DNA of 64,000 bases from Dehalococcoidia bacterium. Its GTDB lineage: Bacteria > Chloroflexota > Dehalococcoidia > SHYD01. A program made the translations under genes and the position numbers. The notes beneath the pieces were generated by a model. It was not told the origin of the DNA. It was given only the letters and a program-made list of their open reading frames with translations, and made no database searches. Positions 58,154 through 64,000 of this stretch are shown piece after piece; within the stretch, counting starts at the first letter, position 1, and each line of letters starts with the position of its first letter. The stretch spans positions 653,638 to 717,637 of the forward strand of contig CBDDEI010000002.1 in the NCBI GenBank assembly GCA_965226775.1, given 5' to 3'.

Positions 58154-59788
58154 CTAAGCGCCCTCAACAAAAGAGAACTGCTCGCCTTCCCGCTTAGTAG
58201 TCATGGCCGCGGCAATAAAGTCCCTGAATAGAGGATGCGGCCTGGTTGGTCGTGACCTAAACTCCGGGTGGAACTGGGAGCCAAGCATCCAGGGATGGTC
58301 CTTCAGTTCTGCCATCTCCACCAGTGTGCCGTCCGGGGAGAGGCCGCTCAGCACCATCCCGTGCTGCTCCAGCAGGTCACGGTAGTCATTATTCACTTCA
58401 AAGCGGTGCCTATGCCGCTCATGGATTATAGCTTCTCCGTAGGCGCTGGCTGCCCGCGTGCCTGGCACTAGGCGGCAGGGATAGGAGCCCAGCCGCATTG
58501 TCCCGCCCATATCCGCCACGCCGCGCTGTTCCGGCATAAGATCGATAATTGGGTGCTGTACGTCTTTGATGAACTCGGTGGAGTTCACCTCGTTGGTGCA
58601 CAGCGCATGCCGCCCGAACTCGATGACCATCATCTGGAAGCCCAGGCATAGGCCAAGATAGGGCACCTGGTTAGTTCGCGCATAGTGGGCTGCGACGCAC
58701 ATGCCCTCTACCCCGCGATATCCAAACCCGCCCGGCACCACGATCCCCTTCACGTGCGCCAGCAGCTCTTCCCCGCCTGCCTGCTCCAGCGCCTCCGAAT
58801 CGATCCACTGTACGTCCGGCTCGAAGCCGTAGTACAGCGCCGCGTGGCGTAGCGATTCTGCAACGGAGAGATAGGCGTCCTTAAGCTGCACATACTTGCC
58901 CACGAGCGCGATGGGCACTTTCTCCATGGGCTGCTTGATCCGGGTTACCATGTCCCGCCACTTACCCATGCCGGGGCCTTTGCCCTCCAAGCCAAAGCGG
59001 TCGGTGATCACGTCGTCCAAGCCCAGGTCCTCCAGGATCTGCGGCACTTCGTAGACCGTCTGCACCGTGGGAACGGGAATCACCGCCCGGTTCTCCACGT
59101 CGCAGTGCAGTGCAATCTTATCTTTGATGTCTTCATCAACAGGATAATCGCTGCGGCAGAGGATCACGTCTGGCTGGATGCCTATACGACGCAATTCTTG
59201 CACGCTGTGCTGGGTTGGCTTTGTCTTTAGCTCTCCGGTAGCCATAATGTAGGGAAGATAAGTGACGTGTACGTACAGTACGTTATCTCGGCCTACCTCG
59301 TTACGCATTTGCCGTATGGCTTCTAAGAAAGGCAGGCCCTCAATGTCTCCTACCGTACCGCCTACCTCTACTATGAGCACCTCCGCCGCACTATCCTGCG
59401 CCAGCGTCTTGATGCGTCCCTTGATCTCGTTGGTCACGTGGGGGACTACTTGAATGGTGCCGCCTAGGAAATCACCACGGCGCTCCTTCTGGAGCACTGA
59501 TCGATAAATCTGTCCGGTGGTGATGCTAGAGGCGCTGGTGAGGCTGATGTCGGTGAAGCGTTCATAGTGGCCCAAGTCTAGGTCGGTTTCGGCGCCATCC
59601 TCGGTCACAAAGACCTCGCCGTGCTGGTAGGGGGACATGGTTCCGGGGTCTACGTTGAGGTAGGGGTCTAACTTTTGGAGAGAGACGTTAATACCGCGGC
59701 TCTCAAGGATCCGGCCTATGGAGGCCACCGTGATACCTTTGCCTACTGAACTTACTACGCCACCAGTAACGAAGATAAACTTCGCCAT
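58154..59788 (-). CDS. pyrG: CTP synthase
   Basis: N-terminal synthetase domain (MAKFIFVTGGVVSSVGKG) and C-terminal GATase with catalytic Cys (GLCLGFQ). Confidence 0.9.
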   Translation of the reverse strand: MAKFIFVTGGVVSSVGKGITVASIGRILESRGINVSLQKLDPYLNVDPGTMSPYQHGEVFVTEDGAETDLDLGHYERFTDISLTSASSITTGQIYRSVLQKERRGDFLGGTIQVVPHVTNEIKGRIKTLAQDSAAEVLIVEVGGTVGDIEGLPFLEAIRQMRNEVGRDNVLYVHVTYLPYIMATGELKTKPTQHSVQELRRIGIQPDVILCRSDYPVDEDIKDKIALHCDVENRAVIPVPTVQTVYEVPQILEDLGLDDVITDRFGLEGKGPGMGKWRDMVTRIKQPMEKVPIALVGKYVQLKDAYLSVAESLRHAALYYGFEPDVQWIDSEALEQAGGEELLAHVKGIVVPGGFGYRGVEGMCVAAHYARTNQVPYLGLCLGFQMMVIEFGRHALCTNEVNSTEFIKDVQHPIIDLMPEQRGVADMGGTMRLGSYPCRLVPGTRAASAYGEAIIHERHRHRFEVNNDYRDLLEQHGMVLSGLSPDGTLVEMAELKDHPWMLGSQFHPEFRSRPTRPHPLFRDFIAAAMTTKREGEQFSFVEGA

Positions 59789-60481
59789 AAGTTATAGTTC
59801 GGCCTTGCCTACACTCCTAGTGAGAACAGATACTGGGGAAGGGGGAAAAAAGAAGTGCTCTTTTTCAACATACCCGCTGCAAATCCCGTTGTCAAGCTAA
59901 GCAGGACGACTTAGGAGACAGCCACAATAACTCCGCCACCTAGCGGCCAGTCCTCGTACGCCGCCGGATCATCCTTCCCTCCCAAAGTTTTTCCAGCGTA
60001 GCTCGTTGGGGCGAAGCTCCTGACCGCCATATCCAGCCGCCGTCGTCACAGTCTTCTTCTGCAGTGCCCGCCCGTTGGGAGAGCCTTCGTATTGCCTACC
60101 GCTTGATGGGATGCAGGTCTCAATGTAGGCGTCCAGGCCATTGAGCATCTTCTGGATTTCTTTACTGTAGGGCCCTGCCAAGGTCCAGTATCTGCCCGCT
60201 CAAGTTGCCGGTAAGATCGAATCGTTGTGCTCACGATTCGGAATTTCCTAGTTTAAGGTCTGTCATTACCTAAAATAGCACTCAGAGCACGTCGAAGGCA
60301 ACAAGACGTTCCTAGTCATACAATAGTGGCCCCCCAATTCACGTGCCGAGGTCACCCGCAGCGGCTCCGATACGAGCTACGAAGGCGTCCCACGCAGTCG
60401 TTGGGGAGACGGAGCGCGTGCACCATCCCACTTCCGACACCGCTGTTGAGGCTTACTTACTCACCCGCCGTTAGAGCCCCA

Positions 60482-60628
60482 GATAAGCGGCTCTCGCCAT
60501 ATCGCTTGCGCGGTATCGGCCTTGAATCCGCAAAAGGTCGTAGCCGATGATCCCGTTCACCATGAGCCGCGTCACAGTGCTGACCATATTGATCATCGCG
60601 CCCTCACCAAACGTCCCCATACTGCCAA
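60482..60628 (-). pseudogene. Fragment resembling the C-terminal ~45 aa and stop region of the adjacent LLM (luciferase-like monooxygenase family) oxidoreductase gene (degraded partial duplicate)
   Basis: The DNA ggcttacttactcacccgccgttagagcccc (60453-60483) matches ggcttgcctactcacccgccgttagcccaaagc at the 3' end of the 61243-62325 gene. The upstream reading frame gives …NGIIGYDLLRIQGRYRASDMARAAYLGL*, weakly similar to …GMVTYCYDFADRANSYRLVAERFGL. Confidence 0.35.
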
Positions 60629-61242
60629 TATTCTCTTCCTCGAGTGCCCCTGCAGAATAGTAGCACCTATACAGCCCCCTTGACTCGATTTATACCGGCC
60701 CGGGAGGCGGCTAACCACATGCGTTCAGGAGCCAATTGTTGGTCGCCTACTGTAGAACACCGTTTGCCGCCGTTGCCTCCGTTACGTATGCAACTCTCTT
60801 TGGAGAATGAGCCGCAATGGCATTTAATCGCCCGACGATGGTATGGAGAGCCGATAGATGGCCTCGGTGGTGGTGGGTCCTAGTCGTAGCTGGATAGTGG
60901 TGTGGAGGTTGCCGTAGGAGCAGCGATTGTCGCTCGCGCTTCTGGCGTCGGTCGAAGTGCTTTATTGACATCACGCAGAGGACGAAGATGGGAACGTACA
61001 GCCCTCCCATGAGGCTTGTTCCGCATGAGCATACCGTGCCCACGAAATGCCAAGCTGGACGTCCCTCTCTGTACGCCATAAGGGTAGCCCGCCGGTGGCG
61101 CACAAAGAGGGGAGACAAATAGTGACTGCTGTGCAGCACCGCTACAGGTCATCAGTACGATGCGGGAAAGGCGCGGCCTACGTCAAGGTGTGTGTATTGC
61201 CAGCAACTAGGCACTGCTTGCTCAGTTCGGTTGTTGGCTTGC

Positions 61243-62325
61243 CTACTCACCCGCCGTTAGCCCAAAGCGCTCTGCCACCAGCCGGTAGGAGTTGGCCCTA
61301 TCCGCAAAATCGTAGCAGTAGGTCACCATGCCTATGTCCTGCGTCCCGTAGCGCTCTCCTGCGTCCATGATGCCCTGGCGCACCGTCTCCGGCCCGCCCT
61401 CAATGAAATGCGACGTATAGGCCATGATGGTCGGCCCTAGCTCTGGGTGCTGCACCAGCGGGAACGCCTCCTCCGGCGATTCCAGCCCCTGACGACGCTC
61501 GCCGGTGCGGGTGCGCGCTACCTGTAGCCGCTTGCTTGAGCCGAGATAGCGAGCGCGCTCGTCGGTCTCGGCGCAGACCACCTGCAGCGTCACGTTGAAC
61601 TTGGGCTCCTGGAGATAGGCTGAGGGACGGAACAGGGAACGGTATATCTCCGCTACCTGTGGGCCCTGGCCGCCGGCGTAGCCAAAGAAATCGGCAAAGG
61701 CAAAGGGCAACCCCAGCGATGCGGCCAGCTGCGCGCTGTAGTCGCTGGAGCCCAGCAGCCACACCTCCGGCAGGATCTCTGGCGCCACCGTCCCCGGCTG
61801 TGCGCTAATCCCCGCCATCGAGCCTTGTCCAGGGTTTGTCGAAGGATCCTGCGCCGCTTGCGTCCCGTGCAGAAAGCCCAGCAGGTCCGTGACCTGGCGC
61901 GGGAACTCATCTACGGGCGCCGGTTGCCGTGGGTACGCCAGCGCTACCGCGGTGCGGCGGTCGCTGCCGGGAGCGCGGCCCAGGCCGAGGTCTACGCGTC
62001 CGGGATAGAACGCGGACAGAAGGCGGAAGACCTCCGCCACCTTCAACGCCGAGTAGTGCGTGAGCATAACTCCCGCGCTCCCTACGTGGATGCGCTGGGT
62101 GTTTGCGGCTATCTGGCCTATCAGGATCTCCGGCGCGGTGCCGGCCACCGACTGGGAGCTGTGGTGCTCGGTCACCCAGTAGCGTTCGTAGCCGAACTCC
62201 TCCACGGCTTTTGCAAGCGCCACGCTCTCTTGGAGGGCCTCGGCGGCGGTCCCGCCCATCCGCATGGGCGATTGGTCTACTACACTCAGGGTGAACTCTG
62301 ACATCTCGGCTCCTTGGCGCGGCAT
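61243..62325 (-). CDS. LLM-class flavin-dependent (luciferase-like) oxidoreductase
   Basis: N-terminal …YERYWVTEHH… and a TIM-barrel LLM fold pattern. 360 aa. Confidence 0.75.
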   Translation of the reverse strand: MPRQGAEMSEFTLSVVDQSPMRMGGTAAEALQESVALAKAVEEFGYERYWVTEHHSSQSVAGTAPEILIGQIAANTQRIHVGSAGVMLTHYSALKVAEVFRLLSAFYPGRVDLGLGRAPGSDRRTAVALAYPRQPAPVDEFPRQVTDLLGFLHGTQAAQDPSTNPGQGSMAGISAQPGTVAPEILPEVWLLGSSDYSAQLAASLGLPFAFADFFGYAGGQGPQVAEIYRSLFRPSAYLQEPKFNVTLQVVCAETDERARYLGSSKRLQVARTRTGERRQGLESPEEAFPLVQHPELGPTIMAYTSHFIEGGPETVRQGIMDAGERYGTQDIGMVTYCYDFADRANSYRLVAERFGLTAGE

Positions 62326-62447
62326 AAGTGCTGCGGCAGTCCCATCATAGCGCGGAGGTGGGAAGCGTCAAGGCGATGGATATTGACCCGCCCTCCTGCG
62401 CCTGGGTACTATGTGAAACGCAGAGCGACCTTCAAGGAGCCCGAAAC

Positions 62448-63143
62448 ATGGCGGATCAACCCGAAACAATTCTCGTAGTGGCAGCCCATCCCGACGATTG
62501 CGACGCCGGCTGCGGCGGTAGTTGCGCCCGCTGGGCTGCGGAGGGCTACCGGGTGGTCCTCTGTGTTGCCACCAACGGCGAGAAGGGTTCGGAGTTGCTG
62601 GAGATGACCTCCGCCAAGCTCGTTGAGCTCCGCGACGAGGAGCAGCGGGAAGCCGCTAAGCAGATGGGCATTTCAGAAGTCATCATCCTTCCCAACGCGG
62701 ACGGTGAGCTGGAGGACACCACCGAGTTCAGGGGCCAGCTTGTCCGCCTCATTCGCAAGTACAAACCCTTCCGTGTGGTTACCCACAACCCCTTCCAGTG
62801 GCAGCACCGGGACCACCGCATGTCCGGGCAGGTGAGCTTAGACGCCACCTACCCCTACGCCCGGGACCGCCTCCACTTCCCAGAGCTGGAACAAGAAGGG
62901 CTGACACCCCACAAGGTGCGGGAGGTCTACCTCTTTGCCGGCTTTAATTCGGACAAGTACGACACGGAAGTAGACATCACCGACTTCCTGGACTCCAAGC
63001 TTAACGCGCTCGCCAGCCATGTGAGCCAGTTTGGTCCGCCGGAAGAGACCAAGCAGCGCTGGCGGGAGCGTTGGAGCGGTCGCATGAAAGACCAGGAGGG
63101 CCGCTTCTTTGAGCGCTTTATCAAAGTGGAGTTTCCGGTCTAA
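62448..63143 (+). CDS. PIG-L/LmbE-family N-acetylglucosaminyl deacetylase-like protein
   Basis: LmbE motif VVAAHPDDCDAGCGG. The start is chosen at the internal ATG (the ORF track begins at 62328 with 40 low-complexity residues). Confidence 0.65.
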   Translation: MADQPETILVVAAHPDDCDAGCGGSCARWAAEGYRVVLCVATNGEKGSELLEMTSAKLVELRDEEQREAAKQMGISEVIILPNADGELEDTTEFRGQLVRLIRKYKPFRVVTHNPFQWQHRDHRMSGQVSLDATYPYARDRLHFPELEQEGLTPHKVREVYLFAGFNSDKYDTEVDITDFLDSKLNALASHVSQFGPPEETKQRWRERWSGRMKDQEGRFFERFIKVEFPV

Positions 63144-63426
63144 CCCAGCCTCGCAAAAAGGAGTGGGATTGGGTAATCTTCGGCCGTCATCTCCGGGGCA
63201 ACTGGCCCTCTTTGCCCTCATTCCGTTGGGGGTAGGGCTATTAGGGGTGCTTGGCCCTGCTACTCCCTTTGCGCTCTACCTGGGCATCCTCATGCTCGTG
63301 GTGGCGACGGCCGGCTATTTCGGGCGTCCTCAGAGCCGCACCGTTTACTGGCGAGGCCAGCAGATAGATATGTCCGACCAGCTGAACTGGTGGGGACAGC
63401 TCTACTACCGTATTTTCCGCAAATGA
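63109..63426 (+). CDS. Small membrane protein, hypothetical
   Basis: Two TM helices. Overlaps the 3' end of the preceding gene. The start is uncertain. Confidence 0.35.
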   Translation: MSALSKWSFRSNPASQKGVGLGNLRPSSPGQLALFALIPLGVGLLGVLGPATPFALYLGILMLVVATAGYFGRPQSRTVYWRGQQIDMSDQLNWWGQLYYRIFRK

Positions 63427-63448
63427 TTGCCCTTATGCTGGTACAAAA

Positions 63449-64000
63449 ATGATGAACAGCGAATCCCCCTGGACTAAGCGGGCAAAGATAGTCGCCACCC
63501 TTGGCCCGGCCACAGACAAACCGGAGCTGGTGGAGGCACTCATCCTGGCCGGCGTGAACGTCTTCCGCCTCAACTTCTCCCACGGCGGTCACGATGATCA
63601 TGCGCAGCGCATCCAATGGATACGGGAGGCCTCCGCGCGGCTGGATCAGGCCATAGCCGTCATGCTGGACTTGCAGGGCCCAAAGATCCGTACCGGTCCG
63701 CTGGCCGGTGGCGGGCCGGTAGAGCTAAGGGACGGCGCTTTCATTACCATTACTACGGATCCTGTTGAAGGCACGGCTCAGGAGGTCAGCACCTCCTACC
63801 CTCATTTGCCTGCAGATGTGAACGAGGGAGACCCGCTCCTTATCTCGGACGGCCGCCTGGCGGTACGTGTCTACTCCGTTGCCGCACCTAAGGTGCATTG
63901 CGTGGTGGAGCGGGGCGGCATGTTGCGTGAGCGCCAGGGCATCAATATCCCCGGCGGTGCGCTCTCAATGCCGTCCATGACCGTGAAGGATGAAAAAGAC
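63449..64000 (+). CDS. pyk: Pyruvate kinase (5' part, runs off window)
   Basis: …KIVATLGPA…FRLNFSHG…MLDLQGPKIRTG… canonical PK N-terminal motifs. No stop within the window. Confidence 0.85.
   Translation, partial: MMNSESPWTKRAKIVATLGPATDKPELVEALILAGVNVFRLNFSHGGHDDHAQRIQWIREASARLDQAIAVMLDLQGPKIRTGPLAGGGPVELRDGAFITITTDPVEGTAQEVSTSYPHLPADVNEGDPLLISDGRLAVRVYSVAAPKVHCVVERGGMLRERQGINIPGGALSMPSMTVKDEKD

Overview
The window is a high-GC (~62-65%) bacterial chromosomal segment, mostly housekeeping genes. Gene content suggests a monoderm Chloroflexota-like organism (inference): short-form YidC, an alternative complex III (ACIII) operon, many LysM cell-wall enzymes, and CIRCE/HrcA heat-shock control.

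Main contents, left to right:
- A GNAT acetyltransferase gene (12-551).
- A ~1.3 kb AT-rich (~47% GC) stretch with no intact genes (560-1860).
- A cryptic prophage remnant (1865-6180) with portal, terminase large subunit, a Zn-ribbon/HTH protein and four tightly coupled small genes.
- A ~230-bp tandem repeat (about 4 copies, 6331-7217) with nested inverted repeats. A decayed cluster of the same motif family lies upstream of rpmH (36050-36262).
- A tag-hypothetical-radC repair operon (7360-9288).
- A cell-envelope cluster: TPR-SLT lytic transglycosylase, a lysozyme-like secreted protein and a TolB-like propeller (10386-15265).
- A divergent LysM/NodB-VanY pair (16619-19201).
- An rRNA-modification and maf operon (19238-22662).
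- A complete ACIII operon (23170-30608) with split ActB and two consecutive NrfD-like subunits.
- A ~257-bp tandem repeat carrying palindromes and a terminator-like hairpin (30622-31370).
- The rpmH-rnpA-yidD-yidC-jag cluster, with no dnaA nearby (32245-35885).
- An orphan peptide/nickel ABC permease pair, pcm, metX-like, lysE, comF, then dnaJ-prmA-rsmE convergent with hrcA-grpE (a perfect CIRCE element, dnaK absent).
- An ECF sigma/anti-sigma pair, fabH, bioY, rho, pyrG.
- A decayed low-GC region with a gene-3'-end duplication (59800-61240).
- An LLM (luciferase-like monooxygenase family) oxidoreductase, an LmbE-like deacetylase, and the 5' end of pyk.

No rRNA, tRNA or CRISPR array could be recognised by eye. 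The most unusual features are the two structured tandem-repeat arrays, the dispersed palindromic motif family, and the prophage remnant next to compositionally foreign DNA.
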